Assembly (NCBI GenBank): GCA_963704705.1
Contig: OY969931.1
Location: 510,001-542,000, forward strand
Length of the DNA stretch: 32,000 bases
Source: an uncultured bacterium
GTDB lineage: Bacteria; Patescibacteriota; Gracilibacteria; UBA1369; PNNO01
Direction: 5' to 3'
The notes beneath the pieces are model-generated. The model had not been told where the DNA came from and did not search any database. It saw only the letters and a list, made by a program, of their open reading frames with translations. The position numbers were made by a program, and so were the translations under genes. Every line of letters starts with the position of its first letter. Position 1 is the stretch's first letter. Shown piece by piece: positions 16,097 to 24,845 of this stretch.

Positions 16097-18517
16097 TTAT
16101 TTCACCACAATATTCACCAAACGTCCCGGTACATAAATTTCTTTGATAATTTGTTTTCCTTCAAGGTATTTACTTACATTATCCAGATCTTTGGCAGCTT
16201 TAATGGCATCTTTTTCTTCAACATCAGAAGGAACTATCGTTTTTGCACGTACTTTACCGTTAACCTGAACAACAAGTTCGATTGTATCTTCAACCAAATA
16301 TGCATCATCAAATTCCGGCCATTTTGCATCAAATACGCTTTTTTTGTTGCCCAGCCATTCCCACAATTCTTCTGCCAAATGCGGTGCAAGCGGAGCAATA
16401 AGTCTTACTGCAATGTTTTTTGAGACTTTATCAATGCGTGTTTTTGTTGCTGTATTTGTGAACTCCATTAATGCAGAAACGCAAGTATTAAAATGAAAAT
16501 CCTGAATATCTTCAGTTATTTTTTTAATTGTTTTATTAAGTGATACTTTTAATGTTTTTTCATCTTCAACTGTTGCTTCCGTGTAAATAAGGTCAAAGAA
16601 TTTATCAACAAATCTTGCAATTCCCTTTATTCCTGTGTCATTCCAATCTCCGCCTTCACTAAAAGGTCCCATGAACATAAGATACATCCTGAAAATATCG
16701 CTTCCATATTTTTCAACAAATTCATCAGGTGAAACAACATTACCTTTTGATTTAGACATTTTTGCGCCATCCTTAGTGATTAATCCCTGATGTACAAGTT
16801 TTTTAAATGGTTCTTCAAAGTCTATAAATCCAAGATCTTTCAATACTTTATTAATAAAACGTGCATATAAAAGGTGCATACACGCATGTTCAGGCCCACC
16901 AATATACATATCAACCGGCAACCATTTATTTGTACGTTTTTTTTCAAAAGCCTGTTTATCGTTGTTGGCACTTGGATATCTTAAATAATACCAGCTTGAA
17001 CAAACAAAAGTATCCATTGTATCGGCTTCTCTCTCGGCTTTTTTACCGCAATTTGGACATTTTGTATTAATAAAGCTCTTAACTGTTGCAAGTGGGGCTT
17101 TTCCTTTTGGTTTATAATCAATGCCTTTTGTCATTGGTAATGTTACCGGCAAATCTTTTTCAGGAACAGGCAATGCACCGCACTTTTCACAATTAATAAT
17201 CGGAATAGGCGCTCCCCAGAACCTTTGACGTGAGATTAGCCAATCCCTTAATTTATATTGAATTTTAAAATCACCTTTTTGATCTTTTTGAAGCAATTTG
17301 GTTATTTCTTTTCTTGCTTCTTTGGATGTTTTTCCAATGAATTTACCTGAATTGACTAGTTTACCATCTTGGGTAAATGCTTCTTTTTTAATGTCAGACT
17401 TACCTTTTGTTGGTTTAATAACCTCTTTTATCGGAAGTTTGTATTTTTTTGCGAATTCATAGTCTCTTTCATCGTGTGCAGGAACAGCCATTACTGCTCC
17501 GGTTCCGTAAGAGGCAAGTACGTAATCTGCAATCCATACAGGTACAATTTTGCCATTTACAGGATTAATTGTGTAAGAACCTGTTTCAACTCCTGATTTT
17601 TCCCTTCCTTCAGCTGTTCTTTCAATGTCCGCAACTTTTTTGGTCTTTTTTATGTAATCATTAACATTTTCTTTATGTTGATGCGTAGTGATTTGTTTAA
17701 CAAGTTCATGCTCAGGTGCCAAAACCATGTAAGTACAGCCAAATAATGTATCTATACGTGTTGTAAATACTTTTACTGATTTTCCTGTTTTTTCTTTGGT
17801 TTCAGGATCAACAAATTCAAAAGTAATTTCAGATCCGATGCTTTTGCCAATCCAGTTTTCCTGCATTAATTTGGTTTTTTCAGGCCAATCCAAACCATCA
17901 AAATTCAATAATCTTTCAGCATATTTCCTGATATTAAAAAACCATTGGTTTAAGTCTTTTTTTGTAACTTCTGCATTGCACCTTTCACATTTACCTTCGT
18001 GAACTTGCTCATTTGCAAGTACGGTTTTACAGTTAGGACACCAGTTAACAGGTGATTTCTTTTTATAAGCCAAATCGTTTTTATATAGCTGCAAAAATAA
18101 CCATTGAGTCCATTTATAATAGGCGGGTGAACTTGTCTGAACTTCAGTGCTCCAATCATACATAGTGCCCATTTTGCTAAGCTGCATCCGCATGTAATCA
18201 ATGTTTTTCTCAGTACTTTTAGCTGGGTGCACACCGTGTTTTATCGCATAATTCTCAGCTGGAAGCCCAAAACTGTCAAACCCCATTGGTTCAAATACAT
18301 TAAAACCTTTCATTCTTTGATATCTTCCCCAGCTATCAGCTGGTGCATAGCTGTACCAATGCCCAACATGCAGCTTATCACCTGAAGGGTAGGGAAACAT
18401 TACAAGATTGTAATATTTTGGGCGATTTGAATCGTTAAAATTCGTTTTATAGATCCCGTCTTTTGCCCATTTAGCTTGCCATTTTTTTTCTGCTTTTCGC
18501 GGGTCGTATAATGACAT
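16097..18517 (-). CDS. leuS: Leucyl-tRNA synthetase
   Basis: 'NLVMFPYPSGDKLHVGHWYSYAPAD', 'MYIGGPEHACMHLLYARF', 'GLITKDGAKMSKSKGNVVSPDEFVEKYGSD'. Confidence 0.97.
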   Translation of the reverse strand: MSLYDPRKAEKKWQAKWAKDGIYKTNFNDSNRPKYYNLVMFPYPSGDKLHVGHWYSYAPADSWGRYQRMKGFNVFEPMGFDSFGLPAENYAIKHGVHPAKSTEKNIDYMRMQLSKMGTMYDWSTEVQTSSPAYYKWTQWLFLQLYKNDLAYKKKSPVNWCPNCKTVLANEQVHEGKCERCNAEVTKKDLNQWFFNIRKYAERLLNFDGLDWPEKTKLMQENWIGKSIGSEITFEFVDPETKEKTGKSVKVFTTRIDTLFGCTYMVLAPEHELVKQITTHQHKENVNDYIKKTKKVADIERTAEGREKSGVETGSYTINPVNGKIVPVWIADYVLASYGTGAVMAVPAHDERDYEFAKKYKLPIKEVIKPTKGKSDIKKEAFTQDGKLVNSGKFIGKTSKEARKEITKLLQKDQKGDFKIQYKLRDWLISRQRFWGAPIPIINCEKCGALPVPEKDLPVTLPMTKGIDYKPKGKAPLATVKSFINTKCPNCGKKAEREADTMDTFVCSSWYYLRYPSANNDKQAFEKKRTNKWLPVDMYIGGPEHACMHLLYARFINKVLKDLGFIDFEEPFKKLVHQGLITKDGAKMSKSKGNVVSPDEFVEKYGSDIFRMYLMFMGPFSEGGDWNDTGIKGIARFVDKFFDLIYTEATVEDEKTLKVSLNKTIKKITEDIQDFHFNTCVSALMEFTNTATKTRIDKVSKNIAVRLIAPLAPHLAEELWEWLGNKKSVFDAKWPEFDDAYLVEDTIELVVQVNGKVRAKTIVPSDVEEKDAIKAAKDLDNVSKYLEGKQIIKEIYVPGRLVNIVVK

Positions 18518-18577
18518 TTTATTTTATTTAAAAACACTTAGTCAATTATACCGAAAAAGCAATTTGACCGCCATAGA

Positions 18578-19159
18578 TTATTGCTCATCCAAAGGACTGG
18601 AAGCCATTGCTGAAGGGATCATGGCCTCACCACCCACAGGCATTGAAACATCTTTTAAAATTAGACCAATACCCGCAATTTCATCTTCTTTATTGGTCAG
18701 GGGTATACCACTGGCCATATACAGTTTATACTTTCCATTAATATCCTTAATTCTAAAAGGACCTATATTTTGTTTTTCCATATGTTCATTTACCAGCTCT
18801 ACCATCTCATTCGCGAAAAATGGCAAATCTTTTGGATGTATAAATGTAAAGAAGTTTACACCATCGACTTCTTCTTTTGAATATCCGAATGAATTTCTCC
18901 ATTTTTCCGTTGAAAACTGAATAGTTGTATCCTTTTTTAAAACAAATATAGCATCTTCCTGATTATGTAACAGATCTCTATAAAATTCTTCGGATTGAGT
19001 AATCTCAACAGCTTCATCTGTTAATACGAATGCCTTTAATTCGTTTTGATTGAAAGCAAGATTACCTTCTCCGATAACAAAAAGTACTGTCGACATTGTC
19101 ACAAGGAACATACATGTGGCAATAATGAACATTTTTCGTTTCGTGAGGATTGATGTCAT
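18578..19159 (-). CDS. Membrane-anchored single PAS-domain protein
   Basis: N-terminal TM; 'NQEDAIFVLKKDTTIQFSTEKWRNSFGYSKEEVDGVNFFTFIHPKDLPFF...GIGLILKDVS'. No kinase or cyclase domain. Confidence 0.7.
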   Translation of the reverse strand: MTSILTKRKMFIIATCMFLVTMSTVLFVIGEGNLAFNQNELKAFVLTDEAVEITQSEEFYRDLLHNQEDAIFVLKKDTTIQFSTEKWRNSFGYSKEEVDGVNFFTFIHPKDLPFFANEMVELVNEHMEKQNIGPFRIKDINGKYKLYMASGIPLTNKEDEIAGIGLILKDVSMPVGGEAMIPSAMASSPLDEQ

Positions 19160-19296
19160 ATTGATTTTTGTTTTAAGTAAGCCATTATTGTTTCACCTCT
19201 CATCTGTTATTTTCTGTTTTATTGTCTTTTTAACACATTAAACCATCTATATTATGCCATAAAATTAGCAAAAAGTCAATATAGTAAAGCAATAAT

Positions 19297-19325
19297 TTTA
19301 CTTATTTTATAAATTGTTGTATAAT
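19297..19325 (+). promoter_or_regulatory. Sigma70-like promoter
   Basis: TTTACT (19297-19302), 17-nt spacer, TATAAT (19320-19325). Confidence 0.45.
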
Positions 19326-19351
19326 AAAAATAGCTCAAAATAAAAACATAA

Positions 19352-19510
19352 ATGAAAATAAATTATAAATCCAAAATCGGACTTAGAGTTATCGATTATA
19401 TTAATAATCAATACTGGTTAAGCGCGGCAATATCAATTACTTTATCTGGCTTGGCGCTTTTGTGGGCTATTGGATTGTTGTTCGCCCTTAATATCCAAAA
19501 TACTCTTTAA
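19352..19510 (+). CDS. Small (52 aa) single-TM protein, not in the supplied track
   Basis: MKINYKSKIGLRVIDYINNQYWLSAAISITLSGLALLWAIGLLFALNIQNTL, behind a promoter-like element; 3' end overlaps the tmk-like gene. Confidence 0.4.
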   Translation: MKINYKSKIGLRVIDYINNQYWLSAAISITLSGLALLWAIGLLFALNIQNTL

Positions 19511-20078
19511 CGCCTTCCCACACTAATCTTGCTGTATCTTCCTTTTTTTCCTGTAATTTAATAATGTACCAAGCGTATTTTTGGGCTACCTCAAGATGAG
19601 ATTGCCTGGCTTTTCGCATTAAATTATCATTTGTTTCGTGTATATGGCCCTTTTCAATTGCCTGTTTTGTTCTTTCGCCGTCAATCAAAATCGCCATATC
19701 CGACCGAAGTAAATATTTATTGATTTGTTCAAGCCATTCTTCGTTTGCTCCTTTTGCAGCTCCCCATGCCAAAGCAGTACCAATGTAATCTTCTGCAATG
19801 ATTGTTTTGCCTTCCATTAATAATTTTTTCAATTCAGGTTCATACTGATGTCTGTTGATAGTAAACCAAAGCTGGAGTTCTTCTTCTGAAATATTTTGCT
19901 GACCATCTCTTAAAATTTTATTCAAATAGGGACCCGACGGTTCTAAATCATAAATCGGATATTTAAGATAAACCGGATCAAAGCCTTCTTTTTTAAGTCT
20001 GTCAGCCAAAATTCTCGCATGAGTAGACTTGCCAATGTTATTGATTCCATAAAATGTGATGAATTTTCCTCTGAACAT
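19488..20078 (-). CDS. Thymidylate kinase-like protein (dTMP kinase family)
   Basis: 'KFITFYGINNIGKSTHARILADRLKKEG' P-loop, 'TIIAEDYIGTALAWGAAKG', C-terminal kinase helices. Confidence 0.75.
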   Translation of the reverse strand: MFRGKFITFYGINNIGKSTHARILADRLKKEGFDPVYLKYPIYDLEPSGPYLNKILRDGQQNISEEELQLWFTINRHQYEPELKKLLMEGKTIIAEDYIGTALAWGAAKGANEEWLEQINKYLLRSDMAILIDGERTKQAIEKGHIHETNDNLMRKARQSHLEVAQKYAWYIIKLQEKKEDTARLVWEGVKEYFGY

Positions 20079-20081
20079 ATT

Positions 20082-20522
20082 TTATTTGTTATCTGTTGAA
20101 CCGAATCCACCCCTAGAGTCTTTCGTCATTTCGTCCACTTCTTCCCATTCAAGCTTATCAATTCTAATAAATACTCCCTGTGCAATTTTTTCTCCTCTTT
20201 CAACTATAACAGACTCATCAGTAAAATTGTAGACCTGAATTTTTATTTCATCTTCATTTCCGCAATAATCATGATCAATAATTCCCAGCCCATGTGGCGG
20301 AGTTAAGCCTTTTTTCTTTGGAGTAGAACTTCTTGAAGCAACCATCAGCATATAACCCTTCGGAACTTCAACGATAATATTCCCAGGTATAAGTTTTATT
20401 TCTTTTGAAGGGATTTCAATACTTTCTCTGGCTATAATATCAAATCCAACACTGCCGTTTGTTTCATAGACAGGCAAAGGTAATGTTTTGTCGATGCGTT
20501 TAATTTTGGCTTTATAATTCAT
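20082..20522 (-). CDS. dut: dUTP diphosphatase
   Basis: Motifs 'GSVGFDIIA', 'ASRSSTPKKKGL', 'GIIDHDYCGNEDEIKIQVYN', 'GEKIAQGVFI', 'RGGFGSTD'. Start taken at internal ATG (20522), not the track start 20639. Confidence 0.88.
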   Translation of the reverse strand: MNYKAKIKRIDKTLPLPVYETNGSVGFDIIARESIEIPSKEIKLIPGNIIVEVPKGYMLMVASRSSTPKKKGLTPPHGLGIIDHDYCGNEDEIKIQVYNFTDESVIVERGEKIAQGVFIRIDKLEWEEVDEMTKDSRGGFGSTDNK

Positions 20523-20524
20523 AA

Positions 20525-20553
20525 TTGAGTTGACTTTACTTTTCATGTATAAT
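20525..20553 (+). promoter_or_regulatory. Sigma70-like promoter for DUF1385 gene
   Basis: TTGAGT, 17-nt spacer, TATAAT, 39 nt before ATG 20592. Confidence 0.5.
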
Positions 20554-20591
20554 TTAATGAAAGACCGTAAATAGTCAATTAATAAATTAAA

Positions 20592-21548
20592 ATGCAAATT
20601 AAAGATAATAAAAAAATAGATTTTGCAGTAGGCGGACAAGCTGTAATTGAAGGCGTTATGATGCGCTCAAACGAATTTATAACCGTTGCTGTACGTAAAG
20701 AAAGCGGAGGCATTGAACTTAAAGAAGACCCTTTTAAATCAATCACAAAAAAAATTAAATTTCTTGGCTGGCCTTTTATAAGGGGAGTGGTTGGACTTGT
20801 AGAGATGATGCTGGTAGGAATGAAGGCTCTCAATTATTCTGCAAGTGTTATGATTGGTGATACTGAAGGCAAAAAGCGAGAAGATATGACAGCAAAAGAA
20901 AAGTTTATTGAAAAACTCATGATGGCATTTTCTTTTATTTTTGCTATTGGAATGAGTATATTTTTATTTAAGTTTTTACCTTTATGGATAACTGAATGGA
21001 TAAGCGGTATATATGAACCATTAAGACAATCAATTTTATATAATATTATTGACGGTGTACTTAAAACTTCATTTTTCGTTTTATATATATGGCTTTTAAC
21101 ATTAATGCCAAGTATTAAACGTGTTTTTGAGTATCACGGAGCAGAACATAAATCAATTTTTACCTATGAAAAAGGGCTTCCTTTAACAGTTGAAAACGCA
21201 AAAAATCAATCAAGGTATCATCCCAGATGCGGTACAAGTTTTATATTAATTGTATTTATGATTAGTGTGTTGGTTTATACTTTGTTACCGCGTGATCCTG
21301 ATTTTGCCATGCAATTTTTACGCAGACTTGCATTTTTACCTTTAATTGCAGGTATTTCTTATGAATTCTTGAAATGGAGTGCAAAGCATACGGATAACAA
21401 ATATATGAGAATGGCTGTTGCTCCCGGACTTTGGTTTCAGAGATTAACTACAAAAGAACCTGACGATAAACAGCTTGAAGTTGCTCTAAAAGCCCTAGAT
21501 AAAGCTCTAGAGCTTGAAGATAAAAAGACTGCTGAAGTTGTTATTTAG
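20592..21548 (+). CDS. DUF1385 (YqhQ-like) membrane protein
   Basis: 'VGGQAVIEGVMMRSNEFITVAVRK', 'YHGAEHKSIFTYE', 'HPRCGTSFILIV'. Confidence 0.85.
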   Translation: MQIKDNKKIDFAVGGQAVIEGVMMRSNEFITVAVRKESGGIELKEDPFKSITKKIKFLGWPFIRGVVGLVEMMLVGMKALNYSASVMIGDTEGKKREDMTAKEKFIEKLMMAFSFIFAIGMSIFLFKFLPLWITEWISGIYEPLRQSILYNIIDGVLKTSFFVLYIWLLTLMPSIKRVFEYHGAEHKSIFTYEKGLPLTVENAKNQSRYHPRCGTSFILIVFMISVLVYTLLPRDPDFAMQFLRRLAFLPLIAGISYEFLKWSAKHTDNKYMRMAVAPGLWFQRLTTKEPDDKQLEVALKALDKALELEDKKTAEVVI

Positions 21549-22233
21549 CCAGTGAAGTAGTATCGAGTTTAATTCCAGGCCCCATTGTTGTACTTAATGT
21601 AATTGACTTAATAAAAGTACCTTTTACTCCTGATGGTTTTTCATCAACTATTTTTTTGATGTAACTTTCAAGATTTTCTTTTAGTTTAGCTTCTCCAAAA
21701 GAAATTTTACCGAATATATTATGAAGATTTCCTAGTTTATCATTTCTGTATTCGATTTTACCTTTCATTAATTCTTTAATAACTTTAGATGGTTCAGGTG
21801 TAACAGTTCCTGATTTAGGATTTGGCATTAATCCTTTTTGGCCAAGAAGTTTAGCTACTTTACCAATATGTTTCATCATGTCAGGAGTGGCAACAGCAAT
21901 ATCAAAATCAAGCCATCCGTCACTGACTTTTTCGATTAGTTCTTCAGCCCCTGCTTCAATAGCGCCGGCATCTTTACATTCTTTAACTTTGTCTTCAGGT
22001 ACAAATGCTGCAACTTTAAGTTTTTTACCTGTACCGTGCGGTAAATTCATAGTACCTCGAAGTGCCTGGTCAGCCTGTTTCGGATCGATTCCAAGGTTCA
22101 TGTGAATTTCACAAGATCCGTCGAATTTTGTTTTTGATGTTTGTAAAAGCAATGAAACAGCCTCATCAAGACTGTAAAATTCCTTTCCTTTTAGCAGATC
22201 TTTTGCTGCTTTGTAGTTTTTGCTACGTTTCAT
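21541..22233 (-). CDS. rplA: 50S ribosomal protein L1
   Basis: 'MKRSKNYKAAKDLLKGKEFYSLDEAVSLL', 'GLMPNPKSGTVTPEPSKVIKELMKGKIEYR', 'TMGPGIKLDTTSL'. Start at ATG 22233, not the track start 22320. Confidence 0.95.
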   Translation of the reverse strand: MKRSKNYKAAKDLLKGKEFYSLDEAVSLLLQTSKTKFDGSCEIHMNLGIDPKQADQALRGTMNLPHGTGKKLKVAAFVPEDKVKECKDAGAIEAGAEELIEKVSDGWLDFDIAVATPDMMKHIGKVAKLLGQKGLMPNPKSGTVTPEPSKVIKELMKGKIEYRNDKLGNLHNIFGKISFGEAKLKENLESYIKKIVDEKPSGVKGTFIKSITLSTTMGPGIKLDTTSLAK

Positions 22234-22325
22234 GGTAGTTTGGGTTAAGTGGTAAAGCGGGGAATTGCAGTTAAGGGCTTTAATTCCAGCTGCATAGGCA
22301 CCTTCGGTGCCCCCTCCCACTAAAT
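22234..22325 (-). promoter_or_regulatory. Multi-branched structured mRNA leader of rplA (candidate L1 autoregulatory element)
   Basis: Helices: 22248-22252/22317-22321 (AGTGG/CCACT), 22259-22262/22311-22314 (GGGG/CCCC), 22266-22270/22290-22294 (TGCAG/CTGCA), 22297-22302/22306-22311 (GGCACC/GGTGCC). Confidence 0.5.
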
Positions 22326-22338
22326 AAAAATGATTTGT

Positions 22339-22755
22339 TTAAGCTTTCATTGTTTTTCTTTCTTTTCTGTCGCGTTCAATTATTCCCCAATGGAAAATCC
22401 AAAGAGGGAATCCTACGACAACTTGTGCAATACCTATTGATAAAGTTCTTTTTGCTTCATTTGTAAATACAGATTTTTCTTCAACCTCACTATTTACCAT
22501 TGCTTGTTTTTGTCTCATTAAACAATTGTCATAATCAGTATTTGAATAGCCTTCACAATTTTCAATAGTCGCAACTGCAACTGGTCTGTCATAATAATCA
22601 TATTCTTCAACACCGAAAACAAATGATTTAAAGGCCTGATTAACTATATTTACAGCACCGATTATAAAAACAATAAACGTAATTGCAGTAATCAAATACA
22701 GATAAATAAATCTGATAATTGACATCTTGCTTCTTTTTTGGCTTTTTGGAGGCAT
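22339..22755 (-). CDS. Hypothetical two-TM membrane protein between rplK and rplA
   Basis: Good ORF with two hydrophobic segments; no family recognised. Confidence 0.7.
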   Translation of the reverse strand: MPPKSQKRSKMSIIRFIYLYLITAITFIVFIIGAVNIVNQAFKSFVFGVEEYDYYDRPVAVATIENCEGYSNTDYDNCLMRQKQAMVNSEVEEKSVFTNEAKRTLSIGIAQVVVGFPLWIFHWGIIERDRKERKTMKA

Positions 22756-22776
22756 TTTTTAATTATTAAATTAAGT

Positions 22777-23205
22777 TTATCCTTCTTCAACTGTCACACC
22801 CATACTCCTTGCAGTACCCGCGATAATTTTTGTTGCTGCTTCAATATCATTTGCGTTTAAATCCTGCATTTTTTCTTCAGCAATCTTCGCTAATTGTGAT
22901 TTTTTAATGCTTGCAACCTTATTTTTATTAGGTTCACCAGAACCTTTTTGAAGGTTAATCGCTTTTTTAATTAAAACTGCCGCAGGAGCGGTTTTCATGA
23001 TAAACGTAAAAGATCTGTCTTCAAATACTGTTATTTCAACCGGAACAATGGTTTCACCCATTTGACCTGTTTGATTGTTGAATTGAGTACAGAAATTTTG
23101 GATATCAAGACCGTGCTGACCCAACGCTGGACCAACCGGTGGAGCAGGATTAGCTTTACCTGCTGGAATTTGTAGTTTTATAACTGTTAATATTTTTTTT
23201 GCCAT
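22777..23205 (-). CDS. rplK: 50S ribosomal protein L11
   Basis: '[34 protein letters not shown]', '[15 protein letters not shown]'. Confidence 0.97.
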   Translation of the reverse strand: MAKKILTVIKLQIPAGKANPAPPVGPALGQHGLDIQNFCTQFNNQTGQMGETIVPVEITVFEDRSFTFIMKTAPAAVLIKKAINLQKGSGEPNKNKVASIKKSQLAKIAEEKMQDLNANDIEAATKIIAGTARSMGVTVEEG

Positions 23206-23206
23206 T

Positions 23207-23881
23207 TTATAGTAAGTTAATTAAATTTTTCATCTTGTTATGATTTTTGGCCGGGTAGTAGAGAGTATACAAGCGCTCTTTAATCTTTACAACTAAAAAT
23301 ACAGAATTTTTTTCTTCGTTATGATTTGCAAAAAAAGAGTGATCACCGTATTGATTAGTTTCATTTATTATAAATTCACCCGTATCTGTTATTTTTGTCT
23401 TAATAGAGTTGTAAACTTCAAGTGCTATATCTGAATTCGGAAAGATTAGTTCGTCTATGGTTCCTGCGTATTCTTCTGATTCAGTGATTATAAATTGCTT
23501 GTGGTTGTCATCATTATATTCACTGATATCAATATTTTTAAATATAGTTCCTTTAAAATCTTCAGATACCAGATCAGCAACTTTAAAACCTGCATTCACA
23601 ACTTTTGTGATATCGATTTTTGGGTAAACTGGTTCTGCTGTTGTTGTTTCAGTTTCAACAGTATCAACAGTATCAAATGGAGAAACTATCGCAGGAAAAT
23701 CAGCTACCGGCGGTTCTTCGTCTGTTTTTTCATCAGTGATTTGTTCTTCACTAATCACCCCTTTAATTTGGTTATCTGATTCGGCTTGATTAGGACTGAA
23801 ATGGCGTATACCAAGTAGAGTCCCAACAACAAGGACAACTACAATTGTAATTACGATAAAAGCGATTGTGAGCTTATTCAT
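23207..23881 (-). CDS. Hypothetical membrane-anchored protein between nusG and rplK
   Basis: N-terminal TM, acidic/Pro-Thr linker, globular C-terminal region. Confidence 0.7.
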   Translation of the reverse strand: MNKLTIAFIVITIVVVLVVGTLLGIRHFSPNQAESDNQIKGVISEEQITDEKTDEEPPVADFPAIVSPFDTVDTVETETTTAEPVYPKIDITKVVNAGFKVADLVSEDFKGTIFKNIDISEYNDDNHKQFIITESEEYAGTIDELIFPNSDIALEVYNSIKTKITDTGEFIINETNQYGDHSFFANHNEEKNSVFLVVKIKERLYTLYYPAKNHNKMKNLINLL

Positions 23882-24426
23882 TATTTCTTCTTAACTTGTG
23901 TAAAGTCTAGTTCTACAGGTGTTTCACGTTCGAATATTGTGATCATAACTGTAACTTTACCTTTTTCTTCATCAATTTTATTAATAACACCTTCATAATT
24001 TGCAAAAGGACCATCAAGAACAGTAACGGTATCGCTGATATTAAAGTCAATTTTAAATCTTGGCTCTTCTTTACCCATATGTTTTTCAATAACTTTCCAT
24101 TCATCTTCACTTACTGGTACAGGAGTTGTGCCTGATCCAACAAATCCCGTTACATTAGGTGTGTTTCTAACAACATACCAAGATTCATCGGTTACTATCA
24201 TATCAACAAGAACATAACCAGGGAAAATACGTTTTTCTTCAGTGGTTGGCTCACCTTTTTTAATAACGATTTGGGTTTCTTTAGGAACAACAACATCAAA
24301 AATATAATCCTGCATGTTCATTGTTTCAATACGCTGTAAAAGTGCTTCACGCACAGCATCTTCGTACCCAGAGTAAGTATGAACCACATACCAGTGCCGA
24401 CCTGTTCCAGCAGCTTGTTTAGCCAT
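23881..24426 (-). CDS. nusG: Transcription termination/antitermination protein NusG
   Basis: '[25 protein letters not shown]', '[45 protein letters not shown]', KOW '[19 protein letters not shown]'. Confidence 0.96.
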   Translation of the reverse strand: [181 protein letters not shown]

Positions 24427-24430
24427 TATT

Positions 24431-24625
24431 TTAAGTTAAAGTAAGTAAATATTTGTATCCGAAATTGAATAATCCATCAATTAATCCAAGGACAATTGCC
24501 ATAAAAAGACAAAATCCAAGAACAATTGCTGTTAATTTTATTGCCTGATTTTTTGTTGGCCATGTCACCTTACGTAATTCCTGAAAACTGGTAACAAAGT
24601 AATCTGTAAATGCATTTTTTGCCAT
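24431..24625 (-). CDS. secE: Preprotein translocase subunit SecE
   Basis: 'SFQELRKVTWPTKNQAIKLTAIVLGFCLFMAIVLGLIDGLF' directly upstream of nusG. Confidence 0.93.
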   Translation of the reverse strand: MAKNAFTDYFVTSFQELRKVTWPTKNQAIKLTAIVLGFCLFMAIVLGLIDGLFNFGYKYLLTLT

Positions 24626-24739
24626 AATAGTGTTGATTAGCGAGGTAACTTTAAAAAGCCCCCCTTGTTCGAAACGAATTATATTATCATTTTACCACTA
24701 TTGCAAGCTGAAATTTGGATTAATTAGCTAAGCGGCCTT

Positions 24740-24804
24740 GCAGGGTGAGTATTCGTACACCATTTATATCGAAAAGTCCAGTTGAAATACTGGAAATAGC
24801 CTGC
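24740..24804. promoter_or_regulatory. Possible structured element (three-way junction) in 5' region of the HNH gene
   Basis: GCAGG (24740-24744)/CCTGC (24800-24804) encloses GTG/CAC (24745-24747/24758-24760) and TCCAGT/ACTGGA (24777-24782/24789-24794). Confidence 0.35.
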
Positions 24805-24845
24805 TTGTTTTGATAGAATCTTGATATAAATTAAATCAAAATATA

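Noticed and set aside
18564-18920. 118-aa plus-strand ORF
   Set aside because: Antisense to the PAS protein gene; no promoter or conserved features.
20579-20833. 84-aa minus-strand ORF, plus other antisense ORFs inside purD, leuS, rplA and HNH genes
   Set aside because: Overlap strongly supported genes on the opposite strand and have low-complexity, unfamily-like sequences.
22234-22320. N-terminal 29-aa extension of L1 (GTG start)
   Set aside because: L1 homology begins at MKRSKNYKA; the extension is encoded by the structured leader.
24655-24680. Possible tRNA T-arm (GTTCGAA) near secE
   Set aside because: Isolated GTTCGAAAC with no cloverleaf around it.
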